Shown: in pieces, positions 40,129 to 49,870 of the stretch
Layout of the letters: every line of letters begins with the position of its first letter
Numbering within the stretch: position 1 is the first letter of the stretch
Virus record (IMG/VR): IMGVR_UViG_3300032770_000015
Location: 1 to 64,000 of that record
DNA length: 64,000 nucleotides
Strand: one strand, 5' to 3'
Source of the DNA: a virus
Made by a program: the position numbers and the translations under genes
Notes under the pieces: model-generated
What the model was told of the DNA's origin: nothing
Database searches by the model: none
Seen by the model: the letters and a program-made list of their open reading frames with translations, nothing else

Positions 40129-40464
40129 TTATGCGATCTGGATCAGCACGGTGTCTTCGTTCGGGAACGTCTGCACCTGACCGTTGAAGTACGTCACCGT
40201 GTACTCCAGCTTGTAGATCCCGGGCGTGTCTGTCTCGCCTGCCGCCCAGACGTGCCGGACGACCCCGGCGGTCGCGGGCGCGTCAACCGTGCACGCTAGG
40301 GTCACGGTCTTCTTCACCGACGCACTGAGCGCCGACTGCTGCACCAGCGTCATCGTCGCCGTCACCGACGCATTGGTCAGGTTCTGCGCCCCCGCGGCAT
40401 TCATCAGGGTCGCAACGAGGTCGGGCGACGTGTCCCCGACGCGAATGCTGATCTGCGTAGCCAT
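40129..40464 (-). CDS. BppU N-terminal-like Ig domain protein
   Basis: I..GDT.P.L...L ... G.V...W...TD.PG.Y..E..VT...G...TFP. Confidence 0.7.
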   Translation of the reverse strand: MATQISIRVGDTSPDLVATLMNAAGAQNLTNASVTATMTLVQQSALSASVKKTVTLACTVDAPATAGVVRHVWAAGETDTPGIYKLEYTVTYFNGQVQTFPNEDTVLIQIA

Positions 40465-40479
40465 CCGACACCCCTTCGG

Positions 40480-43269
40480 TCAATCGGCAAGATCCACGGT
40501 CGCCACCACCGCGGTCAACGCGGCACGGGCCACGGGTACGGTCAACCCGACCTTTGCAACGGGCGGGGTCAATGCGACGCGCGCGGCGGGCGGGGTCAGC
40601 GCGACCTCGGCGACGGGCGCCGTCAGCGCGGTGCGCGTCGCCAACCCGGTCGGAATCGCGCCCCAGATGAGCGTCGCGGTGCCGGTCACGGTCACGACGG
40701 CCCCCGGCGCAGGCCACACGACCAACGGTACAACATACGCGAACTCAGCGTCGTTGACCCCACTTACGCTGACAGTCGCCCCGGTCGCGGGCAGGCGCCG
40801 CTTCACGATCAGGGCGGCCGATCCGCCCGTGACGGTGATCGCCGCCCCGGTGGTCCCGACCACAACGACGGCGCCCGCATCGCTCGCGGTCGCCACGCTG
40901 ACGGTGGCCCCGGTCGCGGCGAGGCGGCGGCTGAAGTGGAAGATCGCCGACCCGCCCGTAACCCCGACCGCGGCCCCGGTCGTACCGGCCAGCACCACGG
41001 TGCCAGTCGCGGGCGCCGCGACAGCTACCGCGGCGCCAGTCGCGGGCAGGCGCCGCGCAGCGACGAGCGCCGCCGACCCGCCCGTGATCCCGACCGCGGC
41101 GCCGGTGAACGCCCAGATGTGCAGGTGCCAGAAGCTGGCGTCGTTCGCCGCCGTGATCGTGACGGTCGCGCCGGTCGCCGCGAGGTGCCGCACCGGGACG
41201 ACGAGCGCGGCGTCGTTCGTGACCGCGACGGTGACCGTCGCGCCGGTCGCGGCGAGGCGGTGGCTGATGATGAAGGTGGCCGATCCGCCGGTCACGGCGA
41301 CCGCGGCGCCCGTGCTCGCCCGGAAGTACTGGTGCGCGAGATAGGCGTCGTTCGTCGTCGTAACCGCGACGGTCGCCCCCGCGGCCCCGACAAGCGTGAT
41401 GACCCCGGCCCCGCCAGACGTAACCGCGACGGTCGCCCCCGCGGCCCCGACGAGCGCGACGACCCCGGCCCCGCCGGGCGTAACGGCGACGACCCCGCCG
41501 GTCGCGGCGAGGCGATGCGCGATGATGAACGCGGCCGACCCGCCCGTGACGGCGACGGTCGCGCCGGTCGCGGCGATCCCGACTACGGTCCCGGCCCCGC
41601 CGGGCGTGACAGCAACGGTCGCGCCGGTCGCGGGCAGGCGCCGGGCGGCGACGAGCGCCGCGTCCGACGCGGTAGTGACCGCTACCGTGGCGGTTTCGGC
41701 ATCCCAGTAGACCGTCCCGCCACCGCCGCCGGTCACGTACGTCATCACGGCGTCGTTCGTCGTCGTGACCGCGACGGTCGCGCCGGTCGCAGCGAGGCAG
41801 TGCGCGATGATGAACGCGGCCGACCCACCCGTGACGGCGACGGTCGCACCGGTCGCGGGCAAGCGCCGGGCGGCGACGAGCGCCGCATCAGCTGCGGTGG
41901 TAACGGTGACGGTCGCGCCGGTCGCGGCGAGCACGTACGGGCTGGCATTCGTGTTGAACCCGTCCACGTACGCGACGGAGTTGACACCCGTGCCCGTATC
42001 ATCGTCCTCGAACCAGGCCTTGACCGCCGTCGCCGGAACGTTCGGTTCGGCTGAGCGCAGGATCGTCGCGCGGTTCGTCCACGTGCCGGGCACGTTACCC
42101 GTCGCGTTCGGCGCCGTGTCGAAGTACCACGTCGTCGCGTCGCACCGCACGCGCAGCCACGCGTGCTGGGACGCGCTATACGCCGCGCTCCAAATGTTAC
42201 CGGACGCTGAGCCCCACACCTGCAACGTGCTGGCACCTGCCGGGATCGTGAACCCGACGTAGTATGTCAACGTCGTGTCTTCGATCAAAAAGTCAAATTC
42301 GCCGATCCCCGGCCAACACTTCGCATATGCGGACGACCCCGTTATGTCCCACGTGGCCGACGTGCCGATCCCGCCGTGGTACCCCGAGCTCGTACCGCTC
42401 TGCAGGATCAGGCGGTTGCTCAAGATGCCGCTCGACCCGCCGCCGGTCGAGCTATCAACCCACCCGGTCGGGAGCGTCGAGCCATCGGCCAGGTCGAACG
42501 AGGTCTGCAGCGAGGACATCTTCTGCAGGTACGTCAGCACGGCGTCGTTCGTCGTCGTCACGGCCACCGTGGCGCCCGTGCAGCCCGGGGCGTACACGGC
42601 GTAGTACGTCAGGATAACCTGACCGATTGCCCCCGCGCCGCCGCGGCGGCTCGTATTGCTACCCGATCCCGCACCGGCGCCGCCGCCACCCGGCTGCACA
42701 CCTGCGTTGCCGCTTCCGTTCGCAACGCTGTTACCGCCCGACCCGCCGCCCGCCTGCCCGACGCCGCCGCTATTCCCCGACGCCGAGTTCCCCGTCGCGT
42801 TGTTCGAGCCACCGGCGCCGCCGCCGCCCGCGACGTTCGCGTTCGTCCCGCTCGCGCCCGCGCCACCAGCGTAGTAGACGGCGTTCGCGTTGTTCGTCCC
42901 GGCCGTCCCGCCCGCGCCGCCCGAGTTGTTGCCGAGCTTACCGGCGTTAACCGTGTACCCGGCCTGGTTGTTATTCCAGCCCGAGTTCGTGCCGTTCGCG
43001 CCGTTCGCGTTCGCGTTCGCGCCCGCCGCGCCCCCGGCGCCGACCCAGAGGTTGTAGGTCGTCCCGGCCGTGATCGCGAGGTTTGCCCACTTCGCGTATG
43101 CGCCGCCGCCACCGCCCGACCCGCCGAGCGACGTGTTGTTGTTGCGGCTCGACCCGGACGCGCCTCCGGCCCGGGCCTCGACGGTGATGGTGTTGTTGTT
43201 CTGCGTTCCACCCGAGGGGGCCGTCCAGCTCTGATTGCCGGAGCTATTGAAATAGACGACCGACGGCAT
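40480..43269 (-). CDS. glycine-rich fiber/decoration protein with ATGATVAVT repeats
   Basis: N-terminal Gly/Asn-rich domain, globular middle domain, many tandem Thr/Ala/Val repeats. Confidence 0.7.
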   Translation of the reverse strand: MPSVVYFNSSGNQSWTAPSGGTQNNNTITVEARAGGASGSSRNNNTSLGGSGGGGGAYAKWANLAITAGTTYNLWVGAGGAAGANANANGANGTNSGWNNNQAGYTVNAGKLGNNSGGAGGTAGTNNANAVYYAGGAGASGTNANVAGGGGAGGSNNATGNSASGNSGGVGQAGGGSGGNSVANGSGNAGVQPGGGGAGAGSGSNTSRRGGAGAIGQVILTYYAVYAPGCTGATVAVTTTNDAVLTYLQKMSSLQTSFDLADGSTLPTGWVDSSTGGGSSGILSNRLILQSGTSSGYHGGIGTSATWDITGSSAYAKCWPGIGEFDFLIEDTTLTYYVGFTIPAGASTLQVWGSASGNIWSAAYSASQHAWLRVRCDATTWYFDTAPNATGNVPGTWTNRATILRSAEPNVPATAVKAWFEDDDTGTGVNSVAYVDGFNTNASPYVLAATGATVTVTTAADAALVAARRLPATGATVAVTGGSAAFIIAHCLAATGATVAVTTTNDAVMTYVTGGGGGTVYWDAETATVAVTTASDAALVAARRLPATGATVAVTPGGAGTVVGIAATGATVAVTGGSAAFIIAHRLAATGGVVAVTPGGAGVVALVGAAGATVAVTSGGAGVITLVGAAGATVAVTTTNDAYLAHQYFRASTGAAVAVTGGSATFIISHRLAATGATVTVAVTNDAALVVPVRHLAATGATVTITAANDASFWHLHIWAFTGAAVGITGGSAALVAARRLPATGAAVAVAAPATGTVVLAGTTGAAVGVTGGSAIFHFSRRLAATGATVSVATASDAGAVVVVGTTGAAITVTGGSAALIVKRRLPATGATVSVSGVNDAEFAYVVPLVVWPAPGAVVTVTGTATLIWGAIPTGLATRTALTAPVAEVALTPPAARVALTPPVAKVGLTVPVARAALTAVVATVDLAD

Positions 43270-43272
43270 ACG

Positions 43273-44019
43273 TTAGACCGCGTACTTCTCCAGCCGCCAC
43301 TGCTTCAGCATCTTCCGCAGCGCCGCGAGCTTGTCGGCGAGTGGCAGCGTGTACACGTGGAAGAAGAAACCCGAGTTCTCGAGGCCGAGCTTCTTCTGCA
43401 GCTCGAAGAGCGTTGTGAACTTCAACCCGAACCGCGCGATGTTCCGCGACAGCAGATAGTCGGTGATCAGGTGCTGCGCCGTGATCACGGGCGGCCAGAA
43501 ACCGTTTTCCTTCCCGTCGTCCGTGTACTTGATGTCCCCGGCGATCTCGCGCACGGTCGGCGTGATGCGGCTCACGATCTCGGCCTGCGTCAGCTCGGGC
43601 TCGGGCGGCGTCCAGAGGTCGCGGCACCAGCGCGAAGCGAGCGCCAGCCAGTTGCACGAGCCGATGTTCCGCCCGTCGCGCAGAAAGTACTCATCGTACC
43701 GCCACCGGATCGGCGCGAAGTCCGACCCGTTGTGCGCCACGGTGTCCATCGGCAGGAACGATGTGAAGTCCAACGTCTCGGGATGGATCAGCGCGTCCGA
43801 GTCGATGTACATGGCCCAGTCGTCGTCGTGCGCCTGCGCCAGGTTATAGATCTGCAGCTTCTCGAGCTCCACGTCCCACTTCGGGTACCGGCGCGTGTCG
43901 ATGATCCGAAACGTCGCGCCCATCTTCCGCGCGTACAGGCGCATGAACGGGTACGTAATCGCCGTGATCTCCGGCGCATAGTTGCCAATGTTCAGCGTGT
44001 ACAGGGACTTCCGCGTCAT
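43273..44019 (-). CDS. putative glycosyltransferase (GT-A fold)
   Basis: YARKMGA.F ... EKLQI ... WAMYIDSDALI (DxD motif). Confidence 0.7.
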   Translation of the reverse strand: MTRKSLYTLNIGNYAPEITAITYPFMRLYARKMGATFRIIDTRRYPKWDVELEKLQIYNLAQAHDDDWAMYIDSDALIHPETLDFTSFLPMDTVAHNGSDFAPIRWRYDEYFLRDGRNIGSCNWLALASRWCRDLWTPPEPELTQAEIVSRITPTVREIAGDIKYTDDGKENGFWPPVITAQHLITDYLLSRNIARFGLKFTTLFELQKKLGLENSGFFFHVYTLPLADKLAALRKMLKQWRLEKYAV

Positions 44020-44236
44020 TTCTCCCCCGCAGGACGAGTCACATCAGCGTCGAACCGATACACCCCATCGCCCTCGTGCACGTACCGGAGCCAGCGGTCA
44101 CCCACGCAAAACACACCGGCCACCGGCCAGAGTGTACGAACGTACTGGCCGGTGGCCGCATTGACAACGTGGTGCGCAGGCACCGGTACCTGCAGGCCGT
44201 CACCCGGCCCGCCGGTCAACCGCGCCGCATCGCTCA

Positions 44237-44725
44237 TCAGCTGACCGACATGATCGGCGTCGTCGAGTCCCAGTTGTTCCCGCCCGTGTCCTTCCCGATC
44301 TTCAGCGCCTCGCCGTCGTTCAGCGTGATCGCTGAACCGTAATCCCACCAGCCGATCACGGGGCGCGTCGAGGTCGAGCCGGTCGTCGTGTTGTACAGGA
44401 CGGCGTACCGGAACGGCCCGATGGTTCCGCCCGACGCGGTGAATGTCACGGCGTTGCCGGTCAGCTTCCCGGTGCCCGACGTCTGCGAGTAGGCGTTCGA
44501 CCCGACCGCGGCGCCGCCCTTCGTGTAGCCGTTCCCGGCCGCGATCTCGGCCGCGTTCGATGTGGACTTCACGGTGCAGGTGCCCGTGGTCGTGTCCACG
44601 ACGGTGTCGGCCAGGTTCGGCGCCGTGTTCGTCAGCAGGATGTACAGGGCGTTCGAGTTCAGGTTGTGGTTCGCCTGCCCGAGGTCCTGGACAAACTGGT
44701 AGAACTTCGTGAGCGAGACAGCCAT
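44237..44725 (-). CDS. putative virion structural protein
   Basis: GNGYTKGG, FTASGGTIGPFRYAVLYN motifs typical of small structural proteins. Confidence 0.65.
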   Translation of the reverse strand: MAVSLTKFYQFVQDLGQANHNLNSNALYILLTNTAPNLADTVVDTTTGTCTVKSTSNAAEIAAGNGYTKGGAAVGSNAYSQTSGTGKLTGNAVTFTASGGTIGPFRYAVLYNTTTGSTSTRPVIGWWDYGSAITLNDGEALKIGKDTGGNNWDSTTPIMSVS

Positions 44726-44737
44726 CGGTCTCTCCGG

Positions 44738-46378
44738 TTAAAAGCTTACGTTGCCTGCGTCGTTCGCCATCGTATACGTCTGCCGGACCTGGCGCACCCA
44801 ATTCCAGTAGACCGCCGCGTCGCCCTTGTTCGGCGACCGCTTCCCGGGCAGGCGCTTGCGGAGCGCCTCCTTGGCCTCGACCTGAATCTTCTTGTCCGAC
44901 GCAGGCCGCCACGTCGGGGTCGTCAGGTCGAGGATCAGCTCCTCGTCGTCGTCAATGATCAGGCGACCGTACTGCGCGTCGAGCCGGAAGAGCCAGTGCA
45001 TCTGGGCGCGCAGGTTAAGAAACTGCTCGTCCTCGTTCTCCAGCACGCCGGGCTCGGCCAGCGCGCCGCCGATCAGCTTCTGCACGTCATACCCAAGCCG
45101 CACGAGCTCGTTCGCGCACCCGACGCCGACCCCGACGTAGTCGACCCCGACGTAGTCGGCGTCAATCCCGCGCGGGGCGATGTCCGTGATCGCCAGGGTC
45201 GCCCCGAGCACGTTGGCGTCCGGGCACCGGTCGGCCGGGACCTCGCAGAGGATCGCGCCGCGCCCGCGCGCGACCGCGGCGAGATCGCCGTTTTCCGAGT
45301 TCGCCACGTCCACGCCGAGCGCCAGCGCGCCGTCGAACGCATCGAATGGCGGCGGCAGCTTCAGGTCCGGGCGCACCAGCAGCTCCGCGAGCGACCGGAT
45401 ACCGAGCGCCCGGCAGAGCTCGCGCCCGCGATCCACGGCGGCGTCGAGCCAGGTCCGGTGGATCAGCGCGTCGGACGCCTGCGCCGGGCTGACGCCCCGG
45501 ATGCGCGAGAGGTACATCGGCGACCCTTCGCCGTACTTCTCGGTGCGCTGCCGGATGGACGGCAGCGACACGGCGCCGGGGATCAGCATCGGGTCGTCGC
45601 AGACCACGTTCGGGTGGTCCAGCGCGCTGATCCGCACGTGCGTGATCCCGGGTGACACACAGAACCGGTGGAGCGAGTCCTCGCGATGGTCCGGGTTCCC
45701 GAACGCCAGCCGCAGGTTGTGCGGCGCCACCGATGTCTGCTCGAAGGCGGCCATCACCGCGCCCTTGATCCCGGGCGTCTCCTCGGTGATGATCAGCATG
45801 TCCTTCTCGTGGAAGCCCGCGGCCTTCGTCGCCACGACCTCCTCGGCGACGACCCCGACCGGAAACCCCAGGGCCTTCCACTTCTCGCCGGGTGGCGCCA
45901 TCTTCAGCGACAGGCTCGTCAGCTCGGCGGCCGGGCGGCGGCGCCGGAACCGGGGGAACATCGCGCCGAGCTCCTTCCAGATGTGGAGCTTCAGCTGATC
46001 TTCCTTCGGGGCCGCGGTCACGACGACCGAGTTGCGCCAGCAGTCGGTGAACCACAGGACCAGGGCGGCGCCGAGGAACGTCTTCCCCGTCCCGGTCGCC
46101 GACTCAACGCCGACGGACTTCCCCTCGGCGAGGGCGCGGCAGATCGCGGCTAGGGGATCGGGCGTCCCGTCCCACTTGTGCGTGGCGTAGGCGCCACCGA
46201 ACTCGGACCACACGATGGTCCGGCGCGGGATGCCCAGCACGTCGGTCATCCACAGGATCGGGTCGGCCCGCCACGCACGCAGCTGGGGGTCGTCGTCCTG
46301 CATGATGTCGCGTTCGAGCCCGGTCAAGAACTCGGCCGTCAACCGGGCGAACAGCGTGGGGCCGAGCGCGTCGGTCAT
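44738..46378 (-). CDS. terL: terminase large subunit
   Basis: SATGTGKT Walker A, ITEE Walker B, FGNP, LGVDVA nuclease, GDA. Confidence 0.9.
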   Translation of the reverse strand: MTDALGPTLFARLTAEFLTGLERDIMQDDDPQLRAWRADPILWMTDVLGIPRRTIVWSEFGGAYATHKWDGTPDPLAAICRALAEGKSVGVESATGTGKTFLGAALVLWFTDCWRNSVVVTAAPKEDQLKLHIWKELGAMFPRFRRRRPAAELTSLSLKMAPPGEKWKALGFPVGVVAEEVVATKAAGFHEKDMLIITEETPGIKGAVMAAFEQTSVAPHNLRLAFGNPDHREDSLHRFCVSPGITHVRISALDHPNVVCDDPMLIPGAVSLPSIRQRTEKYGEGSPMYLSRIRGVSPAQASDALIHRTWLDAAVDRGRELCRALGIRSLAELLVRPDLKLPPPFDAFDGALALGVDVANSENGDLAAVARGRGAILCEVPADRCPDANVLGATLAITDIAPRGIDADYVGVDYVGVGVGCANELVRLGYDVQKLIGGALAEPGVLENEDEQFLNLRAQMHWLFRLDAQYGRLIIDDDEELILDLTTPTWRPASDKKIQVEAKEALRKRLPGKRSPNKGDAAVYWNWVRQVRQTYTMANDAGNVSF

Positions 46379-46382
46379 CGCC

Positions 46383-46538
46383 CTACTTCATGTGCTTGAA
46401 GATCTCGATCTCGCGCACCCGCTTCGCGGCCTCGGCCTTCGACTCCGGCTTCGACAGCCGCTTCCCGGTGATGTGCGACACGACGACGAACTTCCCGCCG
46501 CCCGCCTTCTGCACGTACTTCGGGGTCTTTCCGGCCAC
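46383..46538 (-). CDS. small basic protein, paralog A (51 aa, not in ORF track)
   Basis: MAGKTPKYVQKAGGGKFVVVSHITGKRLSKPESKAEAAKRVREIEIFKHMK; GGAGG RBS. Confidence 0.7.
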   Translation of the reverse strand: MAGKTPKYVQKAGGGKFVVVSHITGKRLSKPESKAEAAKRVREIEIFKHMK

Positions 46539-46539
46539 G

Positions 46540-46686
46540 CTACCTCCCGCGCGACTTCAGATGCTTGAACAGCTCGATCTGGTTCAGGCGCGCCTGCGCC
46601 TTCTCCCGGGACAGCGGCTTCGACAGCCGCCGCCCGGTCTTCTCCGATACGACGACGAACTTCGACTTCCCGACGGGACGCAGCAT
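46540..46686 (-). CDS. small basic protein, paralog B (48 aa, not in ORF track)
   Basis: MLRPVGKSKFVVVSEKTGRRLSKPLSREKAQARLNQIELFKHLKSRGR; GAGG RBS. Confidence 0.7.
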   Translation of the reverse strand: MLRPVGKSKFVVVSEKTGRRLSKPLSREKAQARLNQIELFKHLKSRGR

Positions 46687-47054
46687 CAGGACCTCACGGG
46701 GTACGATGCCCAGACCAGAGTCAGGCGCGCGGCGACGGCCCGGAGAAATGCGATCATCTGCGCCGCGGTGACCCCGGGCGCCAAGTTCGCGTCGAGCCAG
46801 GTCTTCCAGGACGTGACAAACGTCCGCTCATCCACGGTCGGCGGGCCAGGCCACGCCGCCGGATCGTAGGTGATCGGCGGCACGGGCACAGCATATAGCT
46901 GGCGCAGCTTGTGCAGCACGTCGGACGCCTGCGCCAGCGTCAGGCGCATCGGGCCGATGTACCCCGACACGAACAAATACGCCACGACCCACTGGACGTA
47001 CAGCGGGTCGGGATCAGTGATCCAGTGGCGTGCCCAGGCCGGGAGACCGGCCAC
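46686..47054 (-). CDS. hypothetical protein
   Basis: Coupled ORF. Confidence 0.55.
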   Translation of the reverse strand: MAGLPAWARHWITDPDPLYVQWVVAYLFVSGYIGPMRLTLAQASDVLHKLRQLYAVPVPPITYDPAAWPGPPTVDERTFVTSWKTWLDANLAPGVTAAQMIAFLRAVAARLTLVWASYPVRS

Positions 47055-48274
47055 CTTACGCCGTGGCCCCGGCCGGGAACCGAACGGCGAGCCGGGCGGC
47101 GACGGCGGTCAGCAGCTTTCCGATGTGCGGGCCGTCCACCGTCACCTTGTTCGCGGTCAGCTCAGCAGCGAGAAGCCCCTGCGTCGCCTCGGTCAGATCC
47201 TGGTCGTCCTGCCCCGAGTACGTCGGCGCGGTCCCGCCCTCGAGCGCGGCGAGCTTCGCCAGCGTCCCGTACTGCGTGATGACCGGCACGGCCTTTGCGA
47301 TCAGCGGCGCGCCGATAGCGAGGTTCAGCGCAGCGACCAGGCCCTTGGCCAGGTCCGCAACGTCCAGGTCAACGAGCCCTTCAACGAATGTCGCCACGAT
47401 CCACCTCACGGGGGGCAGGGTCCAGAGTAGTCGCGCCACCAGGCGCAGAACGGATAGGCAGTTTGTTCTTGAGATGACGAAACCACAACCCGGCCGCGAC
47501 CGCCAGCGCGGCAAACCCGATCCCGACGAGCCAGGGGGTTGACATCAGCGGCCCCCGACGGCCTGCACGTCGCGCAGCAGATCGGCGCACGGGAGCTGCG
47601 CGATGAGCTCGTCGGCCGGGGTCATCTTCGAGCAGCTGAGGCGCGCCATCCCGCGGATCAGCGGGACGACGGCCTCGACGGCGGTGACGCGCAGCTCGAG
47701 CGCCTGGTGCATCTTGATCGTCAGCGTGTCCGTCTTCTGCATCTCTGACAGCGTGGTCGCGGTCGCCGCCGTCGTGCCGGAATAGAACCGGCCGAACGCG
47801 AAGCCCGTACCCAGCGTGCCGAGGACGAACGCCGCGGCGACCATGAGCCAGCGCGGGATCGACACTGCTTCCCAGACCCGACCGGGGACAGCCATCGAAA
47901 GCCTCTGCGTCGGCGCAAACGGATCAGCGCCAGGTTGAAAGTTCACACGTGCGCGAGCACCCGACCAACGATGATGAGCCCGACCCCGGCGGCGATCCCG
48001 CAGGCCGCCTGGCCCACGTCGCGCCAGGACCAACCGTTGGGGTCCACGTACCGCTCGTAGAGCACCCGCAGCGTGGCGGCGACCACGGCGACCACGGCGA
48101 GCCAGGTCCGGAACCCGACGAACCTAAGGCAGCGCGCGGCGACGAGCGGAACCGTGACGACGACGACCGCCACGAGCAGCGTGGCGAATCCCGACAGGAT
48201 CTCGACCAGCCACGGGTTCCACCCGTAGTAGAACGTGACCCGCCGCCAGGCGGCGCGCACGGCGTCGAGGAGGC

Positions 48275-48532
48275 TCACGTGGCGCCCGGCGCGCCGGGGC
48301 GCGCGGCGAACGGGTCGTGAGTCACGTCGGCCAGGTCGGGCACGACGGAATAGCCCTTCGTGTACGCCGCCGCGGTCCCGGGCTCGCCGAGCGGGAACGC
48401 GGGCGTCCCGTAGGCCGTCGTGAGCCCGTGGTCGCCGTCCGGCCGGGCGTGCGCCGCGAGCGGCGCCTGGCGGTTGTGCGCCGTCCCGGCCGCGTCGTGG
48501 GCCTCGGGGTCGGGGTGGTTGCCGAACGCCAT
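48275..48532 (-). CDS. MAFxNHPDP-leader small protein 1
   Basis: MAFGNHPDPEAHDAAGTAHNRQ; start revised to ATG at 48532. Confidence 0.7.
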   Translation of the reverse strand: MAFGNHPDPEAHDAAGTAHNRQAPLAAHARPDGDHGLTTAYGTPAFPLGEPGTAAAYTKGYSVVPDLADVTHDPFAARPGAPGAT

Positions 48533-48792
48533 CAGACGTTCCTCCACGACCCACGCTCGAGGTAGCCGTGGACGCTCTCGTAGTTGTGGCCGCCGAGCAG
48601 GATCGAGGGCGCCACCGTGATCGTACCGTCCTCGTGCTCCGTGACCGTGTGCAGCGACAAGATACCCGCCCCCGCACCGGGGAAGTAGATGAACCAGCCC
48701 TCGGGCGCCTTCCAATAGCAGACGCGCGCGTCGTCCACGCCGCTGAAGTTTGCGACGCGGAGCGCCGGGCCTGCCGGGGCGAGGAGCGCCAC
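48532..48792 (-). CDS. DUF6527-like small protein
   Basis: TITVAPSIL ... HGYLERGSW. Confidence 0.55.
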   Translation of the reverse strand: MALLAPAGPALRVANFSGVDDARVCYWKAPEGWFIYFPGAGAGILSLHTVTEHEDGTITVAPSILLGGHNYESVHGYLERGSWRNV

Positions 48793-48794
48793 GG

Positions 48795-49064
48795 TCAGCT
48801 CGCCGCGATCCGCGGGCCGCCGGGCACGGCGGCGTCGGGATCGAACTCCCCGGCGACGACGTTCCGGTTCGCGGCCGGGGCCGACGGCCCGGGGCCGAGC
48901 GCGACGGGCGATACGACCGGCGCGATGTGCTGCGACGGGTCGTTACCGGCCCCGGGCACCTGGTACTCGGTCGCCGCGGGGCGCCCCGGGACGAGCCCCT
49001 GCGTCCGGTGCGCGATCCCGGCGGCCGTGTGCGCCGCCGGGTCCGGGTGGTTGCCGAAGGCCAC
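48795..49064 (-). CDS. MAFxNHPDP-leader small protein 2
   Basis: (M)AFGNHPDPAAHTAAGIAHRTQ. Confidence 0.7.
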   Translation of the reverse strand: MAFGNHPDPAAHTAAGIAHRTQGLVPGRPAATEYQVPGAGNDPSQHIAPVVSPVALGPGPSAPAANRNVVAGEFDPDAAVPGGPRIAAS

Positions 49065-49066
49065 GG

Positions 49067-49309
49067 TCAAAAGCCCTTCTTCTTCCCGGCCGTCGCCGCG
49101 TCGTGCTTCGCGGCCAGCATCGCGTTCATCGCGTGCCCGGCGACGTGCGGGCCGTGCGCGACGTGCGCGGCGCCGACGTTCTTCACCTGGTCGGGGGTCA
49201 GCCCGGCCCCGGCGGCGGCGGCCTCGACGGTCTTCCGGGGGGTCGCGGGGTGGAACGCCTGCACCTTCGCGGCGGCGGGGTGCGGGATACCGATGGGGCG
49301 GTGTGCCAT
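49067..49309 (-). CDS. small His/Ala-rich protein
   Basis: GAGG RBS; lies within the paralog cluster. Confidence 0.6.
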   Translation of the reverse strand: MAHRPIGIPHPAAAKVQAFHPATPRKTVEAAAAGAGLTPDQVKNVGAAHVAHGPHVAGHAMNAMLAAKHDAATAGKKKGF

Positions 49310-49339
49310 GGCTACGGTCCTCGGTGCGTGGGTGACGGG

Positions 49340-49636
49340 TCAGTTGTTCTTGTATCCGGGGAAGTCGGGCGTCGGCCGCGGCCCCTGGCCCGGCTTCAGC
49401 TTCGGGTCCGGGGGCGGGTTCATCAGCGCGGCGTCGGATTCGCGCGCCCCGGCGACGGCCAGGGCCTCGGACCCGGCGGTGGCGCCCGGCACCTTCACGT
49501 CGCGGACGGCGTGCGCGCCCGGGACGAGGCTGTGCGCCTCGGGCGACGTGTCGCTGTCGGGGGCGAGCCGCTGCAGGTTGTGCGCGAGCCCCGCGGCGTC
49601 GTGCGCCGCCGGGTCGGGATGGTTGGCGAAGGCCAT
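49340..49636 (-). CDS. MAFxNHPDP-leader small protein 3
   Basis: MAFANHPDPAAHDAAGLAHNLQ. Confidence 0.7.
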   Translation of the reverse strand: MAFANHPDPAAHDAAGLAHNLQRLAPDSDTSPEAHSLVPGAHAVRDVKVPGATAGSEALAVAGARESDAALMNPPPDPKLKPGQGPRPTPDFPGYKNN

Positions 49637-49654
49637 GGGCTCAGGGTCCTCGGG

Positions 49655-49855
49655 TCAGACGGTGATCTGCCGCTTGCCGGTGCCGCCGTGCACGTCCACG
49701 GTGCCGATCTTTCCGGCCAGGGCCGACGTGACGGCCGCGGGCGAGGCGAACACCTGCGCGTCCTTGACGTTCTCGCAGTAGTCGAGCGATCCGTCCGCCC
49801 GGATCGCCCGAACGTACGAGATGGTCCCGGTGTGGGCAAACGCTACGTTGGCCAC
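49655..49855 (-). CDS. small hypothetical protein
   Basis: GGAGG RBS. Confidence 0.6.
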   Translation of the reverse strand: MANVAFAHTGTISYVRAIRADGSLDYCENVKDAQVFASPAAVTSALAGKIGTVDVHGGTGKRQITV

Positions 49856-49870
49856 GGTCGTGCCTCCGCG

